Source: Carcharhinus longimanus
Lineage: Eukaryota
NCBI GenBank assembly: GCA_030264375.1
Contig: JASCQW010000109.1
Span: 49,014,470 to 49,078,469, forward strand
Reading direction: 5' to 3'
Length of the DNA stretch: 64,000 nt
This document shows positions 1 to 13,241 of this stretch, one piece after another. Under the pieces are notes generated by a model. The model searched no databases. It had not been told where the DNA came from and saw nothing but the letters and a program-made list of their open reading frames with translations. The translations under genes and the position numbers were made by a program. Each line of letters begins with the position of its first letter. Positions within the stretch are counted from its first letter, which is position 1.

Positions 1-2865
1 CCAATACCCTTCCTGCCTCCTCAGCCTCCCTCAGAAGCTTCAAGCTGCTCTAGGCTCCTGCTGCACTGCCACTCACAAGCCCTGCCTTTCACCTGGCAAG
101 TTCCACCTTCGCCCCATGGCATCTGGCGCAGTCCCTCAGCTTGTCAAAGGCATTGCTTCCTGCCTGCAACGAGAGGCTGGCCAATTCCCCTGCGTGATGC
201 TCCACCAACATCACCACCTCCTGCAAAAGGCCCCACTACATTTTCTTAATTCTATCTGTAAGGTCTCCTTATCTCTCATTATATATGCTCTCATGATTAA
301 AATAATTCCATTGTTAATTACTTGGACTTCTTCTCCTCCTCTACCATTTTCCCACACTTTCCTTTCGATTTTATAACTTGGTATATTTATTTCCCAGTCC
401 TAGCTGTATTGCCGTTATATCCTATGAATGGAAATCATTCAATCTGTTCCTTCATATGCTACACATTTTTAAAAGATATTGGGTGATATTTTACGACTGC
501 ACCACGCCTGCTTTTGGGCTCACAATTATTGGAGGAGGGAAGGGGTCCGCGATCGGTCTGGGAGTAGGGGCAGGTGGCAGGGCCTACATCTCAGGCTGAT
601 GGCCCCCGCAATTGTGTGGGGGGGCGGGGGGAAGAATTGAGGCAGCCTGCAGTCGCAGGGGCCTGACAGCGCTCTTCGTCAGTCAGACCCCTGCTACTGT
701 TAATGAGCATGTGCAGGCTTTCAGGCGTGTTAAGCTCTGCTCACCAGCTTCTGCAGCGAGCAACAGACTTGCTCAAAATTTTGCAGCCAAGTGTGTATGG
801 GGGAGCCTAAAAATGCGCCTGAAAAATGGAACCGGAACTCACTCAGTTCCATGCTCACCTGGCAGTTAGACTAAATCCCAAGCATTGTGCTTGTTGGATA
901 GGTTCCATTTCTGGGAATCTTCATTTCTGAGCTCACCTGGTTCCCCTTTGTTTGTACCCTATCGGCCATGTTAAGCCTGGCTATAATACTGCATCTCTTT
1001 ATGAAGTGCTACTGAGCCCTGGAGAAAGCAGTCTGGATTCTTCTCACCCTCTTTTAAGTGTCAAAGTGTCTCCAGCTCGCAATTTAGCTCAACGGCTCCA
1101 AGCTGGAGAGATCCAAGATAGAGCCATTTAGTGCAGATGTGTTCCCTCAAGACAGTCTTGCTGGCCACAAACCCCCAAATTACACTGCAATTATGGTAGC
1201 AGAGAGTTCAGCCTCACTATCAGGCTGAGATTGCTCAGTGACATATACAGTGCTGCAGGCATGGTAACAAGGAGAAGGATGGCAATTGCTTGTTGATAAT
1301 AAGAAAAAAGCTTGGGAGCCCAAGCATTTTTTGCCTTTGTCACCCGCTGAGGTTATTAAGTGAAGGGAGACCAAAGATGTTAAATACAATATACTGCTGC
1401 AATTTGTTATGCATTTGTCAGGAGCCTGCGCTTAAACAATGAACCACCCATGAGATTTATTTTTTCAGAAATCAATTGAAATTAAACGGTAAAGTTGTGT
1501 TAAAGCATCACAGGAAGGAAATCATGTGAACAAAGTGATGGCTGCCCTGAAAACAGTACACATGAAGAAAAAAAACTTCATTCAGGCTGAAAAGAATTAC
1601 ACTAATCTGGAAGCCTGTTCTTTGTATCCAATTCTGTGAAGTTTTATCTGTTTATTGCACTGTTTAACACTGAAGGCTGGAAGGAACAGCTTGAAGGATG
1701 TGGTGCTAATGTTTTTGTGGATCACAATTACAATTAACATAAATATTAATTTGAAAATTACTATTGATGATCAGTATATGAATGCTCAATGTGCTCTTAC
1801 AAATTTGTTAATTTCAGTTGCGGACTAAACCATCAAAAATCGCCTGCATTCAAATTACAGCCCTCTGGTATCAGGACAAAAGTAATTTTTCAGCTGGAAT
1901 CTGAAGCGCAGTAAGAATTATTAAGGTATCAGTTGCGCAAGCTCCTTTAACACCCTCACAAAGTTAGAGCTCAGTCGATTAATGAAGCTGGTACATGCAT
2001 GATTAAAAAAAATTTAGCTGCTCCCACTCCCCCTCTGTGACTTTTCCAGAGGTGGTTCAGAAACCCTGGGCTGGATTGACTGGTGAGGGAGGGAATGACT
2101 ACAGACTGGAGTTCAAAATTGTGCTCTGGAATGTGGCACCGGATCCCACCAGCTCTGGAATGGGATGTGATTTTTGAAGAGGGAGGGTTTCTGAAATCTG
2201 CACGCTTTCACTTAAGTGCTTGTTGCGCTCATTGATAAAGCTCAGGGGAGTGGTTTTAACCTTCCTACTGCTGGGCACGGGGAACATGTCAGCCTGGAGG
2301 GGTTTCCCGGATTATTTAGAAATAGCGGCTGGAGACCCATCCCAAACCTCCATTTTCCAAGGGGGCTGAACATGGCCCAAGTCACACTTTGGACAGGCAC
2401 ATTTCATGGAGGCTGCTGTACATAAAATCCTGCAGCTGCCTTCAGACAGGTCTGATTTTCACAAGGAAGGAGCAGGAACTGACTTATTCACTTTAAGGCT
2501 ATTAGGAAAGTAGATAAAGTTTTGGGGAGTTCTTTGATGAGATAGGGTATCCTGTTGGATAGGTCAAGGGACTTCTTTGGGTAATGCTGGAATGGCGCTG
2601 CAGCTGCCAAAGATGCGGCAAGGAAAATCACTCACAGAGTGTAGGAGAGTGGAGCCACAGGATATGTAAGGGCAACATTTTTGCCTGTGCTGACTTGTGC
2701 ACCCAGGTGACAGGAAGAAAGGTGTGCCGGAGAAGGGAGCATTGCACGTTGTGCCAAAGAAGAGACAGAATGAGATCTTCACTCATTGGTCCCAAAGAAG
2801 CCAATGAATATAACCTCAGAAGTCATATTTCATTATGACTGAAATGAAAAAGTAGCAGAAGTTAA

Positions 2866-3184
2866 GGGCATCATGGTGGCACAGTGGTTAGCACTGTTGT
2901 CTCACAGTGCCAGGGACTCATGTTCAGTTCCCAGCTTGGGTTACTATCTGTGTGGAGTTTGCACGTACTTCCCATCTCTGCATGGGCTTCCTCCAGGTGC
3001 TCCGGTTTCCTCCCACAGTCAAAAAATGTGTGGGTCAGGTGGATTGGCCATGCTATATTGCCCCTTAGTGTCAGGGAGACTAGCTAGGGTACGTGCATAG
3101 GGATAGGGCTTGGGTGGGATTGTGGTTGGTGCAGATTCGATGGGCCGAATGGCCTCCTTCTGCATTGTAGGATTCTATGATTCT
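2866..3184 (+). mobile_element. HE1-type tRNA-derived V-SINE with CR1/HER1 tail
   Basis: Box A TGGCACAGTGG head, V-domain (GGTGCTCCGGTTTCCTCCCACAGTC), tail GGGCCGAATGGCCTCCTTCTG...ATTCTATG. Confidence 0.85.
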
Positions 3185-5782
3185 AAGCTGAGATATGCTC
3201 ACCAACATATCTGGCATGGTCCAAGGCCCATATGAATCACAATCTGTTGATTCTCATGAAACATCTCCAATACATCCAGAGTACCTTTTCCTGAATTGAG
3301 TGTGTGGAATTAGGGATTTTGCCAACTGTGCAGGCCTGACTTTGGAGTGAGATTTCAGGCTGTAGTGTCCAGATTCTGGCACGCACCCAGTGGGCGAATG
3401 GATACCCTGCTCAACTCATTTGAAACAGGTAGAATAGAGCTGACTGCTGAATCAGTGGCACAGAGTTACCATCACGTGGTTACCATGGGCCAGTTGACCT
3501 TGTTCTTCAGTGTGATAGTGACTGTGTGTTTGGAAGGTGCTGTCAAAGAAGCCTTTGCAAATTGCTGCACTGCATCTTTTAGGTATAAATTGCCCCCATT
3601 GTTACTCAGACTACCAGTGGTGGGGGGAGTGAATGTTTGAGGTGGTGGATGGAGGTTTACAATCAAACAGGCCACTCTTGGATTCTTTGCAGCTGTTTTT
3701 GGAGCTAGACTCACCCAGACAAGTGGGGTGTATTTTTTACACTCCTGACATTTGTCTCGTACGTAGTGACTGAGGTCACTATCAGATTGAGTCACTTGCC
3801 ACAGAATGCCCAGCCTTTGACCTGCTGTTAGAGCCATATATTTATAAGGCTGGTATCTGGTCAATGGTGGACGCTTCAGCAATGAGAAAGGCATTGAATA
3901 TCATGGGGAAGCAGTTAGACTCTTTTTTTTTGTATAAGGGCATTACCTGGCACTTGTGTGTCATGAATATTATTTGTCACTTATCAGCTCAAGCCTGAAT
4001 TCTCTGAAGCTTGTGAATGGAAGCGAACTCTGAGGTTGAAGCAAGCTGTTCAGTTCCCGGCACTGACTGCTGAGATGCCCCTGGCCATGATCCTGGATGG
4101 AGCCAGTGAGATCCTGCCAAAGACTTCTCCAGCTGTGCAGCGCCGACTTGGTCATTGGTTAATGAGGCAGCATGTTAGATACTGTCGGAGTCAGAGATGG
4201 CAGGGGNNNNNNNNNNAGAGGGAGCACTTTGTATGTAATTCGCAGTTCCATGTTCCCTTTTACCGTCATTTTTATCCTGGACCAGTGCCACGTTATCCCC
4301 GCTGTACTGCTGCAGACAGGATGGGGGATGATAACTGATGGAGCTAAACTATGAACTTGACATCTGCGATCCTTATCAAGGCCGCACACAGTATGGTGTC
4401 TGAAGTCTGCATGGCTACAGTCATGTTCTGCATGGACTGATTTGAGAATCTTGCTTGAAGCTCCATGAAGACAGACAGTCTATATGTGGCAGAACTTTTC
4501 ATAATTCCCTGCACCACCAATCCACTAGTGACCAGTTGGGCTCCCCAGTCATCTCTGCGAATTGTGGAAAATGTGCATGGTGCATCTATCAGTATCTGCC
4601 TACATTGCTGATGCACTTTCCAGTCTTTTCCTTCGCACCCATAGCCCCTGGAGGTCAGTGCCTGTGATCAACTGAGTCGAGATTGGAAGGGATGGCACCT
4701 CCCAGTGTGTACTCTCCACAGCAATCTCTGCTGCCACTGACTGCTCCTGCTCAGTTTCTATATTTAGGAATAACCAAATCCCCTGTAACAACAGATGCTC
4801 TTGAAGTTTATTTTTAAAACTTTGATACTTATTTACTTGTGGTGGTGTGACTTTAAGTTACTCAGAAATATACCCTTCCCAATTTCACTGTTGGCTTCTC
4901 TGCATATGGCTCTGAGCCCTGCTTATAATGGGTAAATGCTTATCCATCTGCCCTGGGGGAAATATTAAGTGAGTTGAACGGTGTGGCCGTTGCTCTGCTT
5001 CCCTTCTGCTGCGTTGCGTTGACTCTTGTTTGCTCCCAAATTACGGGGCGTATTGGGATGATTCTAATTTGTTCGAATTTGATGAGGGTTAACAAACTTC
5101 TTTTTTCTAAGTGTGCAAACGCACAGAGCCATCTTTGGAGGTAAGGGAAAGCAGTCGTGTCCAAATTGTGATAGCAGTTACGCAAATTGCTGTCTCGAAA
5201 CAGATGTTTTGCAGCTGGTCCTGAGCAGATCTGGTGACCCAGATGAGCTGAATGCCGCAATCCAGTGATTTGATGAAGGACTTCTTTCCCTGCCAGCATA
5301 CTACTTGACAGATATGATGATTATAGCCGTTACTATTTTGTGGTTAATGAGGCTGAAAGAATCACCGACCAATAGTAATAATGGTTACAATGCTCGCTGC
5401 AAAGCATCCATCATTAGTAAAATACTGAACCTATTTATGGTGTGTGGCAATAAGTAAATACTGGCAGACTGAAAATGTGGAAGCGCTTGCTAATTGTTCT
5501 CTGCATCTGATTGGCAGAGCTGGGTACGTTAGTTAAAAGCTTCCACCATATCTGCAGTGCACACAGCCCATAAACGGCCCTTGTAACTCATTGAGATGGA
5601 TGACCTGCCAGGCAAGGTCGTCTTCATACATCAAAGAAGTGTAGCTTCCGTACATCCTGTAGGGATAGGGAATAGCTGATAGATTCTGGAGAAGTGATGT
5701 ATCCCCATACCTCCACCATTGCACTTGTTTGTTTTGACCATCGGCTGCACTGAAATTAAATGATGATTTAACACTAACTTTC

Positions 5783-6182
5783 AAAAGAACAAAGAAAATT
5801 ACAGCACAGGAACAGGCCCTTCGGCCCTCCGAGCCTGCACCGACCACGCTGCTCGACTTAACTAAAACCCCGTACCCTTCTGGGGACCATATCCCTCTTA
5901 TTCCCATTGTATTCATGTACTTGTCAAGAAGCCCCTTGAAAGTCTCTACCTTATTCGCTTCCACTACCTCCCTCGGCAGCGAGTTCCAGGCACACACCAC
6001 CCTCTGTGTAAAAAATCTGCCTCGTACATCTCCTTTAAACCTTGCCCCTTAAACCTATGCCCCCTAGTAATTGACTTTTCCACCCTGGGAAAAAGCGTCT
6101 GACTATCCACTCTGTCCATGCTTCTCATAATCTTGTAGACTTCTATCAGATCTCCCCTCAACCTCCGTCGTTCCAGCGAGAG
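5783..6182 (-). mobile_element. CR1/HER1 LINE 3' fragment
   Basis: LERRRLRGDLIEVYKIM...TRGHRFK and WNSLPREVVEA, plus GGCCGAAGGGCC 3' hairpin. Confidence 0.88.
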
Positions 6183-7219
6183 TTCCTTCTTAAATGCTCT
6201 GCCGTGACAGATGAGGGTGATCACGCCAAGCATTCTGCGTTCTACACATATTATAGTTGTCGTCTTGTGTCTGACTGACTCTAGGTGGTTGACAAGGAGA
6301 CCCAGAAGGTTGCGGGAGGCTAATCCTGAGGAAACGTGTCACAGTTGCTGAGATTGTTTTCTGTGAGAAACACATAATGGAACAGCTTTTTCAATTTGCA
6401 GTATTACTCTTAACACGCTGGGTTTGGGTGGGGTGGGGGGAAGAGGAAGGGGAAGACCCTGCCAAATGCTGCTATGTCATATTTTATTTGCTCCTCACTG
6501 ACGCTGTATTGTGTGTTATTTGCCACCGTCTCCATATTTTGCTTCTTCGATTGTCACGCTGTTGGATTGTGCTGTGCTTTTAGCCTACTGATATAAAATG
6601 GCTGCTAAAGGTCATTCCTGTAACCCCACATATATATCCACGTATAAATGCATCCTGACCATTCATGAAGTAGTTTTCTGGAGGGTGATTGAAAAGGGCC
6701 TGAACAAGAATTGGCAACCATATTTGGCAACGCAGTCGACATGGGAGGTGCACTCCAGTTCCATATTCATGGAAGTCCTCTTTCAAACCTATCTTTTTAT
6801 CGGCATTCCCAATTATCACTCAAAGGAACGCAAGTTAGCCTGCCTGTAGGCTACAGCCGGAATTTTCTGATTCTGCCCACAAGCAGAATTTTCCATTCCC
6901 GCCAAAGTCAATGGACTTTTGGCTGACTTGTTGCACCCACTGTGGAGCAGGCCACCCTAGCAGGACTGGAAAATCCCACCCCACCATTTACTGATCAGCT
7001 GGTCTGCCTGTGCCCATGCCACCTGTTTCACTGGTGAAGTGAGTGGATGTTTAAGCTGGTGATTGAGTGCCAATCAAGCAGGCTCCCTTATCCTGAATGT
7101 TGTCAATTTGAGCTGCACTCATTCAGGCAAGTGGAGAGTATTTCATTGCACTCATGACTTGTGTCTTCTGGATGGTGGACAAGTTTTTGAAGAGTCAAGA
7201 ACCTCTCACCACAGAATAA

Positions 7220-7495
7220 AATCATAAAATCCCTACAGTGTAGAAGGCCGTTTAGCTCATCCACCGAAGCCCTATCCCTGTACTCTCACATATATACCCT
7301 GCTAATGCCCCATTTGCCATGGCTATTCAAACTAACCCACACATCTCTAGAGTGTGAGAGGAAACTGGAGCACCCGAACAAAACCCAAGCAGACACGTGG
7401 GAAATGTGCAAACTCCGCACAGATAGTGACCCAAGGCCGGAATTGAATTCGGTCCCTAGCACTGTGAAGCAGCCGTGCTAACCATTGTGCCAACT
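7220..7495 (-). mobile_element. HE1-type SINE
   Basis: Reverse complement of the same head, V-domain and tail; inserted within a CR1-like fragment. Confidence 0.8.
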
Positions 7496-8489
7496 TGTCA
7501 CCCAGCCTCTGATCTGTTCTTATAGCCATTGCATTTATATGGCTGCTACAGGTACGTTTCTATCAATGGTGATTTCCAGGATGTTGATGGTTGGAGATTC
7601 AGCTATAGTAATGCCACTGAAACTCAGGGAGAGGTAGTGATGGGCAGTAACTGCTGGCTTTTCTATTGAAGTTAACATCCCAAGAAGGAATAAAAAAGTT
7701 TCCTTTACTTTGTTGATTTCTATTTCTCTGTCAATTTTATTTGAAAGTGTGAGGAATGAGCTTGTGGTGGAACGATAGCGCATCTGACTTCAGAGCAGAA
7801 GGCTGTGTGTTCAAATCGCACAAGGTTCACGGAACGTTTGGTCGGTTCAGACTTGGAGGGCCGAAGGGCCTGTTCCTGCACTGTAATTTTCTTTGTTCTT
7901 TGATTCACTAGAGACCATAAACTTTTTAAATAAACATGGATTTCCAGTGACTGACAGAGAGCATAGTATTCTGATCAATAAGGGAATTAAGGGTTATGGG
8001 GAGTATGGAGGTAATGGAATTGATCCACTTCAGATCAGCCATGATCTTATTGAATGGCGGGGCAGGCTCGAAGTGCTAGATGGCCTACCCCTGCTCCAAT
8101 TTCTTATGTTCTTATAGTAAGGCAAGGATACACATTTTACTGTAACAAAATAAAATCAACATTGACTAAACACAGGGGATGCTTTTCTGGCCGTGTTCGA
8201 TGAAGGTGCAAATCTCGTTATGGCCAAGGACTCTCAGAAATGAGATTTACCCCACAGCCCTATTGGCAACATAATCAGGCTCCCGCCCAGTGATGGTGTG
8301 AAAATGATACCACCCACTTAAATATATTTAAATATACAAAATTGGCTTAATGTCATATCTTCCAGGAACGTCGTATGTTGCCACCCGCCAGTGTGACAAG
8401 ACACCGTCAGGAATCACTCCTAGTCTCTCAAAATGGAGATCAGACAGGATGACCATGCTGGGAGCTGGGGCACCCTGGCAATGCCAACT

Positions 8490-8785
8490 GATTTGATTTA
8501 TTATTGTCACATATATCAGTGTACAGTGAAAAGTATTGCCTCTAGCAAGGAGTCGGTTGGTATGTGACCCCTGACTTTTGCATCTATTCCCCGACTGGAA
8601 GAAGGTGGAAGAGAGAATGTCTGGGGTGCGTGGGGTCCTCAATTATGCTGGCAGATTTTCTGATGCAGCGGGAAGTGTAGACAGTGTAAATGGGCTTGAG
8701 TGTTTACTGGACTTCATTCATGACCCTTTGTATTTTCTTGTGGTCTTGAACAGAGCAGGAGCCATACCAAGCTGTGAAACAACAA
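8490..8785 (-). mobile_element. Rex1/Babar LINE 3' fragment
   Basis: FTAWYGSCSVQDHKKIQRVMNEVQ, degenerate TPDILSSTFFQSGNRCKS, AATAAATCAAATC tail. Confidence 0.75.
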
Positions 8786-9270
8786 GAAAAAAAGAAATGG
8801 GCAGAGACAAGGGCGGGGCCTACACGGGGACGGGCCTGCACATGACCCAATATCAGGGATTCTCTTAACACGGGGGAGAAGGAAGGGTACTCTTGCCTTG
8901 AAGGCCTGATGCTCATGATTGGAGAAGGTGGGGTCTGGAACAATGTCAGTGATGCCAGCAGTAATGGGGGAGGGGGGATCTTTAATATGGTGCCTTGACC
9001 TCTGTAAAGCTGGACTTGCTAGCGTGTTAAGCCTCCACCCCTCACAAGGACGGTGCAAAACACACTCTTCCCCCTCGCTTTAAAATGGCAAAGTGTGGGA
9101 GGATCTGGATGGAAAACCTGACTGCATTCCTGGAGAAACACACCACTTGTCAGCCTGAAGCTGTCTCTTGGCCATTTTCTGAGAAAAAGCCACTCAGAGT
9201 AAGCAACTGTTACACTACGAAAAAGTACTTCCCCCATTAACTAATTAACACAACTGAAAACCTTCCCCCA
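8786..9270 (-). mobile_element. Possible DIRS-like tyrosine-recombinase element fragment
   Basis: PDPTF...LLPRV...CLCP loosely resembles DIRS YR motifs; weak. Confidence 0.3.
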
Positions 9271-9675
9271 TCCTATTTATATGTCACACTACACTTCCAG
9301 CAGGTATGTCGGTCACAGCTTTCCAGCCAGTCCCAGTGACGGCAAAACCCTACCGTGATTTTCCCACCACTGGCCAACGGTGGGCTGGCTTCACCACCAT
9401 GTGGAAAACTCCTGCCCCAGGTGTTGTGGATAAATCTTTTCCAGGATATCAACAGGCTCCCATCTCCCTGTCATGTCGGTGGCCTTTTGAAAGTCACTTC
9501 CCTCTGCCTTCCAGTGTTATCAGCAGCAAGGCACTCTCCCTAGCGACTCCTCGGTCCTTAAATCACCACAAGTTCTGTCTCTTCAATCTGAGAACCATTT
9601 CCCACTAGCGTTATGCTTGGTGCTAACTCCAAGATAACCATCTTTGTTGTCCTCTGTTGCTCACAGCCGCATCGG

Positions 9676-9735
9676 TCTCTGTATCTCTCTCTTTCTCTCT
9701 CTCTCTCACTCTTTTACTCTCTGTCTCTCTCTCTT
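9676..9735. repeat. Imperfect (CT)n tract
   Basis: Read directly. Confidence 0.8.
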
Positions 9736-11524
9736 CCCAAGTCTCAGACTGAATCTGACTGAGATCCTGCGAGCCTTTGACCAGCAAGCCCAGTTGCCCC
9801 TCTTGTGTCAAGGTGTGAAAACTAGCACTTCAATTGAAATGACTTCTGACTTGGACCTTTGTCCCATGACAAACAAAACACGTGGTCCTGTCTCAGGGCA
9901 GAGTTCAGTTCAATCTCAGGAAATTAAAGGAGACATTTGAAAACATGATCGCTTGAAGACAGCCACCCTTTAAATATTAAGTGCTGGTGACCTCGCTGGA
10001 CAAGCATTTGTTGAAATGAGTTATTGATACTGGAGGGTCTGTGAGCTGAAATAACATCAGTGGAAATACAGTTAATAACATGAGTGTCTCAGCATCCTCT
10101 CTTTATGTGAATCTAGCTCACATCCAGGCTTTTCCAAGCTGGTAACCACTCCAAATCTTATAATGCCACCAAACAATCACCATTTAAACAAAAGCATCCA
10201 ACAATATAAAAACAAATGTTGCAATTAATCAGTATTCTTTAAATTGTTTGGTTGCTGGAGGCTTATCTTCCTTTCTTATTCCCCCGTGTTTGCTTGTTAG
10301 TGTTCCTGTTTTCTCTGTTGAATTTAGTTTACATGACTTAAATTAGATTCTGAGAAACAAAATGTAGGATGCTCTTTGTAACTCAAGCTGATAATTTCTT
10401 AAGTAGGCTAAATTGGCAATTTTGAACAAGAAATCCACACAGGACAGCATGACCAAAATGAATATCCTTTCACCTATTTCGGTAATGTTTACCCGTATAT
10501 AAATTGTTTGGGTGATTGCAGATTACACAGTATGTATATCTGATTTGAAGGCGTACTATTAAGCAAGAATGAAGACTGTAATTTTCTGCCGCAGACATTT
10601 TTTTGCCAAATTAGAACTTGGCAGAAAGAGAAAGTGAGTCGCTCTGAGGTAATGTTCAAAGCTGAATTAAATTTAAATCTCAGATCCTAAAGTCTGAATC
10701 CATTCAGTATCATGGACCCTAGGAATAATACTGCGTCCAAAGTATCTCAGAATGCAATGGTGATTTACCCCATATGACTGTGTAATGGCTATTATGAATA
10801 CAAAATTTATCTCTGTGTTTTTGTTTCATTATACTGTAAATGTTGTTTTTCTTTCATTAACCAGATGTCCATGGTGGAATCATATCTTCTCTCTATAATA
10901 TCCCATTGGAATGCCAGATGTTCATTGGATACTAGAATGCTTTGGCAGTCATTTAATGCAAATAACCTCACAATAATTTGTTGTAACGTGCAAATCAAGT
11001 TTTTATACAAACCATTTGAAGGGAAATTGCCTTCTGGCTTTCAGCAATTCTCAGTGAAGAACATTTCTTTAAAATTTTGGAGTCACGCATCACTCATCTA
11101 AATGCTACAGTTTTGATGTTGAATTTTCTAATGGCATTGTTACACCGCATTGAATGATGTACTGTGGATTGGCCATTTCAGTCCAATAGAACTCTGACTA
11201 TATTAGCTGATTCCATTGCAGTTGGGTGCGGGAAAATAAATCTGTGCACAGAATACTAACCCTCAGCTTCACACTGCCAGCAAGATTTTTCACGATCTGA
11301 AAGGATTTGATAGGATAAGTGTTTAGTTTCAAAGATTAGAAATTGAAGAAGTGATCATTTAAAACAAAAGGTTAAGAGCTCAGCTGCACATCTATCACTC
11401 ATTTATTATGCATCTCATTCAGGTGAATTTAATAATTGCAGCGCAGTGACAGAAACATTTAAAAGGAGCTGATAGTATGATAGCAGGTGACTGATGCAAT
11501 AGAACACCACTCAGATTATCTGTA

Positions 11525-11790
11525 CGGTAGCACAGTGATTAGCAGTGCTTCTTCACAATGCTAGGAACGTGGGTTTGATTCCTGGCTTGGGTCACTGTCT
11601 GTGCGGAGTTTGCACATTCTCTCATGTCTGTGTGGGTTCCCTCTGGTTTTCTCCCACAGTCCAAAAGACATGCTGGTTAGATGCATTGGACATATTAAAT
11701 TCTCCCTCAGTGTATCCAAACAGGTGCTGGAGTGTGGCTACTAGGGGATTTTCACAGTAACTTCATTACTTGCAATCAATAAATAAACTT
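11525..11790 (+). mobile_element. HE1-related SINE with alternative 3' tail
   Basis: Same head and V-domain, but tail GGAGTGTGGCTACTAGGGGATTTTCACAGTAACTTCATT...AATAAATAAAC. Confidence 0.8.
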
Positions 11791-12072
11791 CACTTTCTTT
11801 ACTTTGTTACGGAGGCCAACTTACCTAAATTCCCTGGTGTCCAGCACGATGCACACAGTTCTTTAAAGTTCATTAAGAAGCTTCTTAATGTGATTAAAGA
11901 TTCCTGCATTTGGAATTGATGAAGAGTGCAAGGTCCTAATCAACCAATGTTTTATATTTCCCTGGCTTCCCTTGCCTTGATGTGGAGATGCTGACATTGG
12001 ACTGGGGTAAACACAGTAAGAAGTCTTACAACACCAGGTTAAAGTCCAACAAGTTTATTTGGTAGCAAATGC

Positions 12073-12107
12073 CACTAGCTTTCGGAGCGCTGCTCATTCG
12101 TCAGGTG
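12073..12107 (-). ncRNA. Minimal type I hammerhead ribozyme motif in a Penelope pLTR
   Basis: Minus strand reads CAC-CUGACGA-AUGAGCAGCGCUCC-GAAA-GC-UA-GUG. Confidence 0.65.
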
Positions 12108-12754
12108 AGTGGGAGTTCTGTTCACAAACAGGGGCATATAAAGGCACAAACTCAACTTACAGTATAATGAATGGAATGCGAGTCTTTACAGATAATCAAG
12201 TCTTAAAAGTACAGACTAAGTGGAGAGAGCATTAAGCACAGGTTAAAGAGATGTATATTGTATCCAGACAGGACAGTTAATGAGATTTTGCAAGTCCAGG
12301 CAAGTCATAGGGATTACAGATAGTGTGACATGAACCTGAGATCCCAGTTGAGGCCGTCAACATATATGCGGAACTTGGCTTTCAGTCTCTGCTCAGCGGC
12401 TCTGCGCTGCTGTGTGTCATGAAGGCCGCCTTGGAGAACGCTTACCTGAAGGTCAGAGGCCGAATGCCCGTGACCGCTGAAGTGTTCCCCAACAGGAAGG
12501 GAACAGTCTTGCCTGGTGATTGTCAAGTGATGTTCATTCATCCGTTGTCATTGCATCTGCATGGTCTCCCCAATGTACCATGCTTCGGGACATCCTTTCC
12601 TGCAGCATATCAGGTAGACAACATTGGCCGAGTTGCAAGGGTATGTGCCGTGTACCTGGTGGATGGTGTTCTCACGTGAGATGATGGCATCTGTGTCGAT
12701 GATCCAGCATGCCTTGCAGAGGTTGCTGTGGCAGGGTTCTCCCCACTCCTCACT

Positions 12755-12789
12755 TACCTGATGAAGGAACAGCGTTCCGAAAGCTAGTG
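12755..12789 (+). ncRNA. Minimal type I hammerhead ribozyme motif in a Penelope pLTR
   Basis: UAC-CUGAUGA-A-GGAAC-AGC-GUUCC-GAAA-GC-UA-GUG: intact core, 5-bp stem II, palindromic AGCU stem III. Confidence 0.7.
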
Positions 12790-12957
12790 TTTCCTACCAA
12801 ATAAATCTGTTGGACTTTAACCTGGTGTTGTGAGACTTACTAAGTAGGGAATCAATGGGAGAGGAGAGTGCCTAATTGTAGAATGATTGTTGTGGATGGA
12901 GTGGGATGAATGGTCTTTTCTGATCCTGGATTTCCTGTTTTTGGTATTGTGTAACAG

Positions 12958-13131
12958 GTGGAGGAGTGCCACCTCCCAGGTCTTGGAGTAGCTCTGACCC
13001 TGGATCAGTGCAAGAATGATGGCTCTGAAGACACAGTGACTGACTTGGTCTCCTTTGTTAGTGGCTTATTACTAGGTACTAATGCGAAAGTCAGAACCTG
13101 GTTTGGAATGTTCATCCGCAATGGGCAGCAG
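12958..13131 (+). CDS. INTS2: Integrator complex subunit 2, internal coding exon
   Basis: acag|GTG...CAG|gtaag, 174 bp, phase 0/0. Encodes VEECHLPGLGVALTLDQCKNDGSEDTVTDLVSFVSGLLLGTNAKVRTWFGMFIRNGQQ, recognised as vertebrate INTS2. Confidence 0.95.
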
Positions 13132-13241
13132 GTAAGAAGTAAGGTTATAGTGATGAATTGGTCTCATCCCATTGATTTGGAATATAAATTTACAGTATAA
13201 TGGGCACGCCATCATAGAATCTTATAGTGCAGAAGGAAACC

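Larger units (their letters stand above)
11979..12843 (-). mobile_element. Penelope-like element 3' portion (GIY-YIG C-terminus plus pLTR) with a second, inverted pLTR
   Basis: Minus strand encodes LPVGEHFSGHGHSASDLQVSVLQGGLHDTQQRRAAEQRL...GLNWDL. Terminal repeat about 12016-12115 is inverted at about 12746-12843. Confidence 0.85.

Noticed and set aside
1469-1640. Acceptor-like site followed by short open frames
   Set aside because: No match to INTS2 or any protein I recognise; compatible with chance.
2430-2850. Cys-rich ORF (CQRCGKENH...)
   Set aside because: At best a heavily decayed Gypsy gag zinc knuckle; too degenerate to call and not a host gene.
2873-3100. Recurrent ORFs of the MVAQWLALLPHSARD type
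   Set aside because: Translations of HE1 SINE heads, not a protein family.
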